The notes under the pieces: generated by a model
Told to the model about the DNA's origin: nothing
The model's input: only the letters and a program-made list of their open reading frames with translations
Database searches by the model: none
Position numbers and translations under genes: made by a program
In this document: positions 19,059 through 28,113 of the stretch, piece by piece
Numbering within the stretch: position 1 is the stretch's first letter
Layout of the letters: each line of letters begins with the position of its first letter
Source of the DNA: Candidatus Pacearchaeota archaeon
GTDB taxonomy: Archaea; Nanobdellota; Nanobdellia; Pacearchaeales; GW2011-AR1
Direction of reading: 5' to 3'
Length of the DNA stretch: 42,636 nt
Assembly: GCA_018304205.1 (NCBI GenBank)
Contig: JAGVWR010000016.1
Location: forward strand, 1 to 42,636

Positions 19059-19811
19059 AACAGAAACTACCCTGCCACTGTCACTCGAGTAAGCGAGATT
19101 ATCGTCGTCCGAGTAAACACTGAGGTTCCAGTACAAGCACAACCTCGAAAGTTGTTGATCATTAGTATACCAAGTTCTGTTTCCATTTTCTTTATCTAAG
19201 CTTTTAGGAAGACCTCTTTCGTCTGTTTCATTAAATCTATATTCATTCCATTTAGTGTCAAATCGATCATCATGAATTACTGTAAATTCACCAGTTGGAA
19301 CTAATCTTAGACCGTATCCATTTTTATCTTGAGACCAAGCTTCAACTTTTAAGCCATAGACCATCGCAGGAACTTCTAAACTATCTACTCTTTGAGCCAA
19401 TTCTTCAAATATTGGTAGATTTATTCGATTACCTTTTTTAGTGCCTCTTAGGATAAGAGCTCTTGTGTCAACATAGTGTTTTCCCCTTGTAGCATCAAAT
19501 ACTTTTGCATCATTTAATTCAGCTAAAAGTCCTGTCCTAGCTCCATGAGGTTCTAAAGTTTGATCAGCAAGTATTTGTAAAAATGGTGTTGACCCAGCAG
19601 GACTGCCATCTATTTCATATAAACCAAAAGAATCATTTCCTCCAAATCCTCCTTGTTCAATACTAGCATTTATCTTAGTTCTGAGAGATTCATATAAATA
19701 TCTACCAAAAACTCCTGAAGGAATGGAATGACTTTCTACAACATTTGTTGATCTTCTAGGCAAGAATACAAATTGTGAAAGATCTATTTCGCTACCTACT
19801 GTTTGAGTCAT
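19050..19811 (-). CDS. DGR target (variable) protein, probable C-terminal CLec-type fold
   Basis: Ends LSRLCLYWNLSVYSDDDNLAYSSDSGRVV, the LSRLxLxxxLxxxSxxxxLAxSxxxGRVV pattern I recognise from DPANN DGR targets. Confidence 0.85.
   Translation of the reverse strand: MTQTVGSEIDLSQFVFLPRRSTNVVESHSIPSGVFGRYLYESLRTKINASIEQGGFGGNDSFGLYEIDGSPAGSTPFLQILADQTLEPHGARTGLLAELNDAKVFDATRGKHYVDTRALILRGTKKGNRINLPIFEELAQRVDSLEVPAMVYGLKVEAWSQDKNGYGLRLVPTGEFTVIHDDRFDTKWNEYRFNETDERGLPKSLDKENGNRTWYTNDQQLSRLCLYWNLSVYSDDDNLAYSSDSGRVVSVAR
19053..19151 (-). other. DGR variable region (VR)
   Basis: Scaffold codons CTT TCG AGG TTG/CTC/TCG/GGC AGG alternate with NNC/NNT codons (TGC,TAC,AAC,AGT,TAC,GAC,GAC,TAC,AGT,GAC,AGT) derivable from AAC/AAT; more GC-rich than the rest of the gene. 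Confidence 0.75.
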
Positions 19812-19892
19812 AAATTTTTTATAGATAAATAGTATTTAAAGCTTTCCTATTTGTTACTATTAAATAGTTAATGCTGAAAACCTTGCGCTCTT

Positions 19893-20020
19893 TTTTCATG
19901 TACTGAAAAATATATAATGTCATGTACATGAAAATCAAAAGCATGATGCGGCGCTCATGCTTTGGATGCTAGAAAAATCTTTTATGGTTTTCCGTCAAGT
20001 TTCTTGACATAAAATAGATT
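19893..20020. repeat. Three tandem inverted repeats
   Basis: TTTTCATGTAC/GTACATGAAAA (19893-19934), AAAGCATGA/TCATGCTTT (19938-19963), GTCAAG-TTT-CTTGAC (19994-20008) with an imperfect outer stem. Confidence 0.75.
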
Positions 20021-20043
20021 GAAGTTGGTGTCGTTTACTTAAC

Positions 20044-20060
20044 AGTTAATCTTTCTTTAA
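20044..20060 (+). repeat. 17-bp direct repeat, right copy
   Basis: Identical to 18851-18867. Confidence 0.85.
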
Positions 20061-20246
20061 CTCTGATTAAAGCAAGTTCAATCTTGCTTTGCTTTTCATC
20101 TACTTGTTTAATTTCCTGCTTTTTTTTCGTAATTGTTCTGATAGTGTTTTATGTAGTGGTCTTCAAGAGGTTTGAGAAACATTAAAGCTGCGAAAGTTGA
20201 TAGTGATGCTAAGTGATACGTTCTATCTGTTTTTGTAATTTCAGTG

Positions 20247-20651
20247 TTATTTCTTATCTTTATTCTTGGTTTCTTCCACTTTCTGAATTATTGAATATAG
20301 CTCAGAATAATACATTTCTCTTTGCGCGCCTATTTGTAGTCTGGCTTCTTCTAGTTTACCTAATTGATTTTCTACAACTTCTAAAGTCTGCTCAGGGGTT
20401 TTCTTTACTACAATTCCAGAACCTACTTCTACAAACATAATTTTCTCTTGGAGCTGTGCTTTAAGAAAAATGCCTCTTCCAAAAGAAGAAAGAATTTCTT
20501 TTTCCTTGGACTCTGAGAAAATTGTTAGATTTTCTCTAAGTGCTGATAAGTCTATAATCTGGGAGTCTAAGAGCTCTATGTGTTGATCTATTTCTCCAAG
20601 CTGTTTTTCTATAAAGGAAGCTCGCATTACTGTTTCTTGATCCATATTCAA
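20247..20651 (-). CDS. pfdA: Prefoldin subunit alpha
   Basis: Coiled coils flanking EILSSFGRGIF...VEVGSGIVVKK. Confidence 0.9.
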   Translation of the reverse strand: MNMDQETVMRASFIEKQLGEIDQHIELLDSQIIDLSALRENLTIFSESKEKEILSSFGRGIFLKAQLQEKIMFVEVGSGIVVKKTPEQTLEVVENQLGKLEEARLQIGAQREMYYSELYSIIQKVEETKNKDKK

Positions 20652-20690
20652 CCTATAAATTAAGGGGATTTAAAGGTTTTTATGAAGGGC

Positions 20691-21347
20691 TTACTTGTAC
20701 TTTTTCTCGAAAAACTTTCTTACCTCTTCATAGATTGTTTCCCAATCTTTACAATTAACTACCTTCAATTTGGTTTTAATAGGCGTTTTATTATAATGGA
20801 AAATTGTGCCCTTATAATTTTTAGATAGAGATTCTATCACACTAGAACTATCATCAATAAAACCAACTATTTTTGGATATAGCTCTTCTATAACTTGTGC
20901 TTTCCATTTATTTGCATCTTTTGTTGGTACTTTATCCGGCCTACAAATTATTGGGGCCATAGGAAAACCGTTCTTTTGTAGCCAGTCTCTTGTTGCAGCC
21001 CTAACTAATTCTGGGCGTATTGTTATGTATGCGGCAATTGGAATTATTTCATTTATTTTATTAAGAAAATGATTTGAATTTTCAATGAGGGGTAATTCTT
21101 TTTGGAATTTAGTTGAATTTCTTTTTTCTTCCATCCATTTTAGGGCTTTTTCTGATTGCCAATAAGGAACATTTTGAGTATAACTATATTTATCAACAAT
21201 TTCTTTAGCTGAAAGATTTTCAGGGTTTCCAAACAATTTTTGCATTTCTTTCGCCCAGCGACCTACAGTCCAAGAAAGAGTTTCGTCTATATCAACTCCT
21301 AGGCCAGTTTCGTTAATCTGGACAAGACTTCGGGTATCACTCTTCAT
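20691..21347 (-). CDS. HAD-superfamily hydrolase (5'(3')-deoxyribonucleotidase-like)
   Basis: DIDET motif I, ITIR, K, FIDD motif IV. Confidence 0.75.
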   Translation of the reverse strand: MKSDTRSLVQINETGLGVDIDETLSWTVGRWAKEMQKLFGNPENLSAKEIVDKYSYTQNVPYWQSEKALKWMEEKRNSTKFQKELPLIENSNHFLNKINEIIPIAAYITIRPELVRAATRDWLQKNGFPMAPIICRPDKVPTKDANKWKAQVIEELYPKIVGFIDDSSSVIESLSKNYKGTIFHYNKTPIKTKLKVVNCKDWETIYEEVRKFFEKKYK

Positions 21348-21381
21348 AATAGCTGGATGGGAACTGCCTTAATAAATTAGA

Positions 21382-21918
21382 CTAAGTTTTTATTTCAAGG
21401 AGCTGAATTTTTTCAAAAAAAAGTTTCTCTTCGTCTATGACCTTAAAGGACATTCTTTGTTTTTTTAATAAAGAATCTATATTTCCTCTTGGGGTTAGAG
21501 ATGAAAGAACTAGAAGAATAACTCCTTCCTTTTTTAAGTGATCTTTTGCTTGTTTTAGAAACTTAACTATTATTTCGTCGCCTCTTTTTCCACCAGTCGT
21601 TATTTTTCTTGATTCTTTGTCTTCGCGTTTGTCTCTTGGAAGATAAGGAGGATTAAAAGCAATTACATCAAACTTTTCTTCCTTTTTTATATTTGAGAAT
21701 AGATTTGATTTTACAGTATTGATTTCTTGCTTTTTTAGATCTTTTATTGCTTCTTCATTTATGTCTAATGCAAGAATCGACTTTGCTTCGCATTTTTTTG
21801 CTTCAATTGATTGGATGCCGCTTCCGGTTCCAACATCAAGAAAAATCTTATTTCTTACATAAAACTTTAAATTTCTTTGCAGAAGAAAAGAATCTTCTTT
21901 AGGAACATAAATCATCAT
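21382..21918 (-). CDS. HemK2/MTQ2 family methyltransferase
   Basis: IYVPKEDSFLL, LDVGTGSG, FNPPYLP. Confidence 0.9.
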   Translation of the reverse strand: MMIYVPKEDSFLLQRNLKFYVRNKIFLDVGTGSGIQSIEAKKCEAKSILALDINEEAIKDLKKQEINTVKSNLFSNIKKEEKFDVIAFNPPYLPRDKREDKESRKITTGGKRGDEIIVKFLKQAKDHLKKEGVILLVLSSLTPRGNIDSLLKKQRMSFKVIDEEKLFFEKIQLLEIKT

Positions 21919-22397
21919 GCTATCAATTTAAGAAGTTGATCACCAAAGAACACTGCTGCTCCAATTGCTAGAAGAATTAGAACTAAAAGAATAATTAATC
22001 CGATAATTAATATTTTTTTACCTTTACCTGATTTTTGTTGAGTGTTTGGCTGCACCATATAAGGAGGTAGGCTTTGAGCTTGTGGCTGCGGCCTTTGAAT
22101 ATTTACATCTGGCTTTGGCATATCAAAATTATCTGTAATTTTTGGTTTTTCTTGCAATTTATCTAATTTGTCAATTTCGTCTACTCTACTGCCCTGATCT
22201 TGGTCTTCATCTTCTACTTCTTCTCTTTTTATAATGGGACTAGCTAAAATAGATGAAACTCCCTGAGTTAACGACTCTGCTGCAGCTTTAACTTCTGCAG
22301 GATTATAACCTGCATTGATAAACGATCTTGCTGCCGAGTCTAAAGAATAACCCCTTTCTATTGCATTCTTTAACCCTGCGGCTATTTCGTCTCTCAT
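21915..22397 (-). CDS. Hypothetical membrane-anchored protein
   Basis: Small N-terminal helical domain (GLKNAIERG...FINAGY), Pro/Gln linker, C-terminal TM. Confidence 0.75.
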   Translation of the reverse strand: MRDEIAAGLKNAIERGYSLDSAARSFINAGYNPAEVKAAAESLTQGVSSILASPIIKREEVEDEDQDQGSRVDEIDKLDKLQEKPKITDNFDMPKPDVNIQRPQPQAQSLPPYMVQPNTQQKSGKGKKILIIGLIILLVLILLAIGAAVFFGDQLLKLIA

Positions 22398-22471
22398 ACT
22401 ACAACCTCTCCAGGTTCTAGGAGTCCAGGGTTTAGATGGAGTTCCAGCGACCGATTTTTATTTTTTATCAT
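22394..22471 (-). other. Candidate bridging mini-ORF (25 aa)
   Basis: MIKNKNRSLELHLNPGLLEPGEVVV*; ATGA overlap with the rnj stop and ATGA overlap with the next start. Confidence 0.45.
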
Positions 22472-23805
22472 AGTTTAAGTTCTTGTCCGTTTTGCATTAA
22501 ATGAACTGTTTTGTTTAATTTGTATCCCATTTCTTGAGCTAAATCCGCGCCAGCTGTGAGCTTTTTAAGTTCTCCATGCGAAGGAATTACATTTTCTGGA
22601 TTTGTGAGTCTTATCAAATCTCTTAAATCCTCTCTTCCACCATGGCCGGAAACGTGAACATTATCAAATATCCTCACTTGATGCTTTCTTAACCTCTTTT
22701 CAAGTTGATCCCTATTCAATTCGTTTATTGGAGTAGGAATTGTCTTTGACGAGAATATAATATGATCGTCACTTGATAAATTTAACGGAAGCTGATTTCT
22801 TGACATCCTATCAAGAATAGATCCTGGTTCGCCTTGGTGTCCAGTACAAACTATAAGATAGTCTTTTTTGTTTTTATTTACTTGTTTAAGCACTTTTTCT
22901 AACTGCCTTCTATATGTTAACAATCTTATTTGATTAGAAAATGGACATTTTCCTATATTTTTTGCTGCAGTTACATATTTGTTTAAACTTCTTCCTAAAA
23001 ATAATACTTGTCTGCCTAATCTATTTCCAAATTCTGCAATTGATTTTAATCTTGCTATATGTGAAGAGAAAGTTGTAATGATCATGCCTGAATTTCTATT
23101 TTCTGTTGTAAAGAATACGTCTTCTAATAAACCTCTAGCAATTTTTTCTGAAGGCGTTTTTCTGTCGTCTTGAGCATATAGACAATCTACAACTAATGCT
23201 TTTATTCCTATTTTTGATAATTCTTTTAATCTTTTATAATTGGGCTTATCTCCAAAAACCGGAGAATTATCAAGTTTGTAATCGTTTGCATATAGTATAA
23301 TGCCTTTAGGGGTATGAACTGCTATAATTGCACTTTGAATAGTTGAATGAGTAATATTGATAAATTCAACTTTGTATTGTTTTCTTCCTTTTGTGAAATA
23401 TGTGCCGTCTGGTTTTATTGGAATAATTCTATTGTTTACATGTCCTTGATTATCTGCACTTAATATTTTTAAGACTTCCATTGTGTAGGGTGTTCCAACA
23501 ACATCTGCCTTATATCGAAAACCGTTATATTGAATTGCTCCAACGTGATCTAGATGGGCGTGTGAAATTAATAATGCTCTTACTTTATCTCTTAAACCTT
23601 TTTTATCTAAATAAATATCATCTGGCAATGCTCCGAGATTTCTCATTCCTTTTTCAGTTGGAATTTTTTCTCTTTCTGCTACCCCTACAATTGCAGGCAA
23701 GAACAAACCATCATCAAAAAGAATAACGTCTTCACCTAAATCCAAGGCAGTCATGTTCTTTCCAACCTCGTTGTAACCACCTATGGCATGTATTTTCATA
23801 TCCAT
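22468..23805 (-). CDS. rnj: Ribonuclease J (beta-CASP)
   Basis: GGYNEVGKN, HAHLDH, HST, FSSHIAR, TGHQGEP, HVSGH, PSHG. Confidence 0.95.
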   Translation of the reverse strand: MDMKIHAIGGYNEVGKNMTALDLGEDVILFDDGLFLPAIVGVAEREKIPTEKGMRNLGALPDDIYLDKKGLRDKVRALLISHAHLDHVGAIQYNGFRYKADVVGTPYTMEVLKILSADNQGHVNNRIIPIKPDGTYFTKGRKQYKVEFINITHSTIQSAIIAVHTPKGIILYANDYKLDNSPVFGDKPNYKRLKELSKIGIKALVVDCLYAQDDRKTPSEKIARGLLEDVFFTTENRNSGMIITTFSSHIARLKSIAEFGNRLGRQVLFLGRSLNKYVTAAKNIGKCPFSNQIRLLTYRRQLEKVLKQVNKNKKDYLIVCTGHQGEPGSILDRMSRNQLPLNLSSDDHIIFSSKTIPTPINELNRDQLEKRLRKHQVRIFDNVHVSGHGGREDLRDLIRLTNPENVIPSHGELKKLTAGADLAQEMGYKLNKTVHLMQNGQELKL

Positions 23806-23911
23806 GACTTAAATTAGAAATGGTAGTTTAAATATATATTTAAAACCCAACCTTTGATATATACTTTATGATATAATTTTGTTTAAATATGAATTAACTA
23901 TTGATTTTTTT

Positions 23912-24406
23912 ATGGAACAAAGAGACATTAAATTAACAGTTGCTAGGTATGTTGTTGCTAATTCTGTGGCTTTGAAGGGAATGCTTACTAAACCTCATTA
24001 TTTTAACTTTGGAGGAAAAAGTTTAGATGAAACTTCTTGTGGAGGATATAAAACCTTTAAAGGGTATGTAGTTGACATTCTAGCAGAGAGAATTGAGGAG
24101 AGAGATTTTTTCGGGTGGTGCATTCCCGATAGTCCTAACCAAGCAGGTAATTGCGGTAATTCAAAATTAATCCCCCTCACTAAACTTCAATATACTAGTA
24201 TTGTTGTAGGAAACTCCGGAAAAATTACTGAAAAACAAGATGGCCTTTTGATAGTAATCCCTCCTATCAAACAAAGGAATTATTTAGAAGATTTGAAGAA
24301 TAAAAGAGATTTTAGAAAATATTCAGAATCTGTAGATTTGGGCAGTAATTTTGGTGAAAAGGTAGATGTCTTTAAAGGAATAGAAAGACTGTTTTCTAAT
24401 AAATAG
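23912..24406 (+). CDS. Hypothetical protein
   Basis: ORF with probable ATG 23912 downstream of TTTAAATA; no motif recognised. Confidence 0.55.
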   Translation: MEQRDIKLTVARYVVANSVALKGMLTKPHYFNFGGKSLDETSCGGYKTFKGYVVDILAERIEERDFFGWCIPDSPNQAGNCGNSKLIPLTKLQYTSIVVGNSGKITEKQDGLLIVIPPIKQRNYLEDLKNKRDFRKYSESVDLGSNFGEKVDVFKGIERLFSNK

Positions 24407-24450
24407 TTACATTTCATAAGTTATAAAAAGAAACTTTATCTATTTATTTA

Positions 24451-25317
24451 ATGTCGAAGTATCAGGATGAAAATAGTAGTCATAAAACACACAGAAATGT
24501 GCTATATGGAATTGTTGTAATACTAATTGTATTTCAAACTGTGTCTTTTACAGTTTTAAGCTTGCAAATATCAAAACTTAATATTGAGCTTGAAAGTACT
24601 AGTGCAAATTTAAGTTCTCAGTTTAATTCTAGACTTGAGAGTAATGATGCAAATTATAGGGCAGAATTTAAGGCCATAGGCGAAACACTTGCTCAACAAA
24701 AAGCTGATATAAAACAAGAAATAAATTTAATTAAATCTTCTCAGGAAGATTTTTCTGGAATAATAGAAGATTCTGTTAGGTCTATTGTAAGCGTGGCAAC
24801 GGATAAATCCGTAGGATCTGGATTTGTTGTTAATTCTGAAGGATATATACTAACAAATCAGCACGTTATAGCTGATGCGACTAAAATAAGTGTTCTTACC
24901 TATGATAGAGAGATATTAAGTGCTAAATTAATTGCTTCTGATGAGAAAAAAGATGTTGCATTATTAAAAGTAAGTGAAAATATTGAAGCTCTTGAGCTTG
25001 CAGATTCTTCTAATCTACAAGTTGGGAAAAAAGTAATTGCGATTGGAAACCCTTATGGATTGAGTTTTACGGTAACTGAAGGCATCATATCTGCGCTTGA
25101 TAGATCCGGGCCTGGAGGAAACAATATTTATATTCAGACCGACGTTTCATTAAATCCTGGGAACTCTGGAGGGCCTTTGATAGATACTGAAGGAAAAGTT
25201 ATTGGAATAAATAACTTTAAAGTTGGAGGAGAAGCAGAAGGACTAGGATTTGCCCTGGAAAGCAATGAAATAAAACTAGTAATAAATCAGCTCACAAATC
25301 AAACTATAATAACATGA
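24451..25317 (+). CDS. Membrane-anchored HtrA/trypsin-like serine protease without PDZ
   Basis: TM plus coiled coil, GSGF, TNQHV, DVALL, GNSGGP; ends right after the protease domain. Confidence 0.9.
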   Translation: MSKYQDENSSHKTHRNVLYGIVVILIVFQTVSFTVLSLQISKLNIELESTSANLSSQFNSRLESNDANYRAEFKAIGETLAQQKADIKQEINLIKSSQEDFSGIIEDSVRSIVSVATDKSVGSGFVVNSEGYILTNQHVIADATKISVLTYDREILSAKLIASDEKKDVALLKVSENIEALELADSSNLQVGKKVIAIGNPYGLSFTVTEGIISALDRSGPGGNNIYIQTDVSLNPGNSGGPLIDTEGKVIGINNFKVGGEAEGLGFALESNEIKLVINQLTNQTIIT

Positions 25318-25592
25318 AAATAAAATCAAATATGCAATCGAGGAGAAGATACTTGTTAATTAATGGAACAGAAGAAAGCGTGAACAAAGCAATATTAGAA
25401 GGATTGGGAGCAATAGGGTGGGCTAAAGCATCCCCTATATTTGTTGACGTAAGAAAAGACAAAAAAGAAGGAGAAATTATTCTTGCTATTGACCGAAAAG
25501 AAATAAATAATGTGAGATCTGCTTTTGAATTAAGCGAAGAAAACATTAAGGTGAAAAGAGTTTCCGGGACACTGAAAGGCTTGGAGAAATAA
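25314..25592 (+). CDS. RNase P protein component, Pop5/Rpp14 family
   Basis: RRRYL N-terminus and VSGTLK C-terminus; 92 aa. Confidence 0.7.
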   Translation: MKIKSNMQSRRRYLLINGTEESVNKAILEGLGAIGWAKASPIFVDVRKDKKEGEIILAIDRKEINNVRSAFELSEENIKVKRVSGTLKGLEK

Positions 25593-25593
25593 A

Positions 25594-27423
25594 TTATTTA
25601 CCTTTTGAATAAGTCTCAATCGCTTTTCTTACAATTAACTTTCTTTCTTCGAATTGTCTTCTTGGAACTATTGAACCAACAATTTCATTTAAAGTAGTAA
25701 CTCCTTCAAGTACTAAGTCAAGACTTGAATCTAAAAGAGTGGGTAAACCTTTATCTACCATAAGTTTTTGATAAGGAAACATAGATCTTTCTCCTTTTCC
25801 TATTAAATCTCTTTCTTCTTCCCCTATCACCCAAATTTCTGGAACAACTGTTCTACCTTTATAACCAAGGCCATTACAATATGTACAATCTTGCTCTCTG
25901 CTTTTACGTGCTTTATAAAGTTTTAATCCTGAAACTATATCTTCTTTTGCTAATTCGTTTATTTCTGCACTTGCGTCATACTCTTCCTTACAGTCTGGAC
26001 AAAGAACTCTAGCCAGTCTCTGAGCTACAACTCCTGTTAAGCTTGCTTGAATATCAGAATTATCAACGTCAAAGTCACTAAGTCTTGTAAGAACTGAAAT
26101 TGCATCATTGGTGTGCATTGTACTAAATACTAAATGTCCTGTTTTTGCAGCTTCAATTGTTGCTTGTGCTGTTTCTCTATCTCTTGTTTCTCCTACTAAG
26201 ATAATATCTGGATCTTGTCTTAAATATGCCCTTAATGAATTACTAAATCCCCATTCTGCTCTATTATTTACTTGACTCTGATTTATTCCTTCAATTTCCA
26301 TTTCTATTGGATCTTCTATTGTTACAATATTAACGTCTTCTGTATTCAATTCGCTTAACGCTGCGTAAAGAGTTGTCGACTTTCCAGAACCAGTTGGACC
26401 CGTAACAAAGATTAGACCATAAGGATTTTTTATTAAATTTCTAAATTCCTTAAGTGGTCTTTCTTTATGCCCTAATTTTTCAAGCGTAAAAAGCTCTTGC
26501 TTTGAACTTAGCAATCTTATTACCATTTTTTCTCTTCCTCGCGTTGGCATCGTGGCAAGTCTCAGATGATATTCTCTTAATGATTCCTGCGTAGCTAGGA
26601 ACTCTTCTGTAAATTCTATTGAGCCATCTTGGGGTCTTCTCTTTTCATCTATTGCCATTTTTGATTCATTCTTAAATAAGGAAATTACTCTTGGAAGAAT
26701 TTTTTGTGCGTTTCTATAATCTTTTGTAACTAAAGATCCATCTATCCTATATCTTACTCTTGTACTTTTATCTTTCATAGGCTCTAAGTGAATGTCTGAA
26801 GCGTTTAATTTTTCTGCAGTCCTTAATATGGCATTGGCTACTTCTCTTGAATCATTGTCTTCATTTGTTCTTTCCATAACTGTTAACATGTACTCTTTTC
26901 TTGCTGCAGGATCTGCAACTAACTTACTTACAGTATCATATTCTTTTGGAGATAATAGAATAAATTCACGCTTCTCTTTTTCCACATCTTTGTTTAGGAC
27001 TACTATTTGTCTAAAAGAATCTGTGATTTCAAAAGGATCCCTTATTTTAAGATTTTCATTTTCTCTTCCAAAATGAGATCTTATACCATAGAGAGTTGTG
27101 AAGTTATTTTGATAATAAACTAAAGGTTTTATAAGTATTCTATCGAAGTAGGGCATGCGAGAGTAAAGAACCGGTTTGGCATCAATAGGATTTTTATCTA
27201 CTTCTGAAACTAAACTCTCTAAATTTGGAAAGTCTAATTCACCAAGCACCTTTGTTGCTAATTTTTGCTCTTTTGCCAAAGCTGTTCTGAGAGAATCTAA
27301 GTCTGTTAGAGGAATTTGATTTTTGTGTATATTACTGAAAGAACGCATTCCTGGATAAAATCTTGGCATGCCTATTGGATTGATTGAAATATCCTTGCTT
27401 ACTTCATTTGACTTATTAACCAT
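25594..27423 (-). CDS. GspE/PilB-type secretion/pilus assembly ATPase
   Basis: ASDIHLEP, RYRIDG, RRPQDG, GPTGSGKSTT, TIEDPIE, LRQDPDIILVGE, STMHTND, CPDC...CTYC. Confidence 0.93.
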   Translation of the reverse strand: MVNKSNEVSKDISINPIGMPRFYPGMRSFSNIHKNQIPLTDLDSLRTALAKEQKLATKVLGELDFPNLESLVSEVDKNPIDAKPVLYSRMPYFDRILIKPLVYYQNNFTTLYGIRSHFGRENENLKIRDPFEITDSFRQIVVLNKDVEKEKREFILLSPKEYDTVSKLVADPAARKEYMLTVMERTNEDNDSREVANAILRTAEKLNASDIHLEPMKDKSTRVRYRIDGSLVTKDYRNAQKILPRVISLFKNESKMAIDEKRRPQDGSIEFTEEFLATQESLREYHLRLATMPTRGREKMVIRLLSSKQELFTLEKLGHKERPLKEFRNLIKNPYGLIFVTGPTGSGKSTTLYAALSELNTEDVNIVTIEDPIEMEIEGINQSQVNNRAEWGFSNSLRAYLRQDPDIILVGETRDRETAQATIEAAKTGHLVFSTMHTNDAISVLTRLSDFDVDNSDIQASLTGVVAQRLARVLCPDCKEEYDASAEINELAKEDIVSGLKLYKARKSREQDCTYCNGLGYKGRTVVPEIWVIGEEERDLIGKGERSMFPYQKLMVDKGLPTLLDSSLDLVLEGVTTLNEIVGSIVPRRQFEERKLIVRKAIETYSKGK

Positions 27424-27558
27424 CTTTAGCCTGTATAAGTAGTCCTATTTTAATATTTAGGTTATGAGAAAGATAGAAACTAATTTACTATCAATTGATG
27501 AAACATTCTGTTTGAAATTAATTGTTCCTATGTTAAGGATTAAATGAATGATCCTTGC

Positions 27559-27583
27559 ATTAAAGCTTTCAGAAAGCTTTAAT
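27559..27583. promoter_or_regulatory. Perfect 12-bp inverted repeat; back-to-back BRE/TATA or operator
   Basis: ATTAAAGCTTTC-A-GAAAGCTTTAAT; right arm lies ~24-35 nt upstream of ATG 27607. Confidence 0.6.
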
Positions 27584-27606
27584 TATCTCTTTTTGTTAAA
27601 ACTTAA

Positions 27607-28113
27607 ATGAACAAAAGGGGGCAGGATGTTTTTGGGATGTCTTTTGGAATGATTTTTGGAATTATTATTATTGCCGCTATAATTGCTGTAGCATTTTATG
27701 TTATAGCCCACTTCTTGAATTTGCAGAAATGTACAGATACTAGTTTGCTTTATAATGATTTACAAAATGAAGTAGATAAAGCATGGAAATCTACAAATTA
27801 TCAGGATACTTTCTCTGTTAAATTGCCTTCAGGAATTGATTTTGTTTGTTTTGGTTTTCTAAATCAGTCTGCATCAAATTTAAATGATAGAGAAAAACAA
27901 GATTCACTTGATGAAGAATACTCTTCTAGAAGCAAGGATAACTTGTTTTTGTATCCTGCTAAAAAAACATGTAACTTAGATCTCGGAGCTAATAAAATAA
28001 ATCATGTCGAGATTAATGGATTTTTCTGCGTGGAAAAAGAAAACGGAAAACTAGATGTAAAATTATCAAAGAGTAGCAGTGAGGCTCTAGTTAAAATATT
28101 AAATGATAAATAA
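27607..28113 (+). CDS. Class III signal-peptide (pilin-like) protein 1
   Basis: MNKRG/QDVFGMSF followed by a hydrophobic helix; Cys-containing head. Confidence 0.75.
   Translation: MNKRGQDVFGMSFGMIFGIIIIAAIIAVAFYVIAHFLNLQKCTDTSLLYNDLQNEVDKAWKSTNYQDTFSVKLPSGIDFVCFGFLNQSASNLNDREKQDSLDEEYSSRSKDNLFLYPAKKTCNLDLGANKINHVEINGFFCVEKENGKLDVKLSKSSSEALVKILNDK

Noticed and set aside
19812..20246. Possible DGR template repeat or avd in the spacer upstream of the target
   Set aside because: No similarity to the VR is visible; only short or start-less frames such as ...IELALIRVKERLTVK* are present.
18700..22450. CRISPR array suggested by short repeats
   Set aside because: Each repeat has only two distant copies, with no regular spacers and no cas genes.
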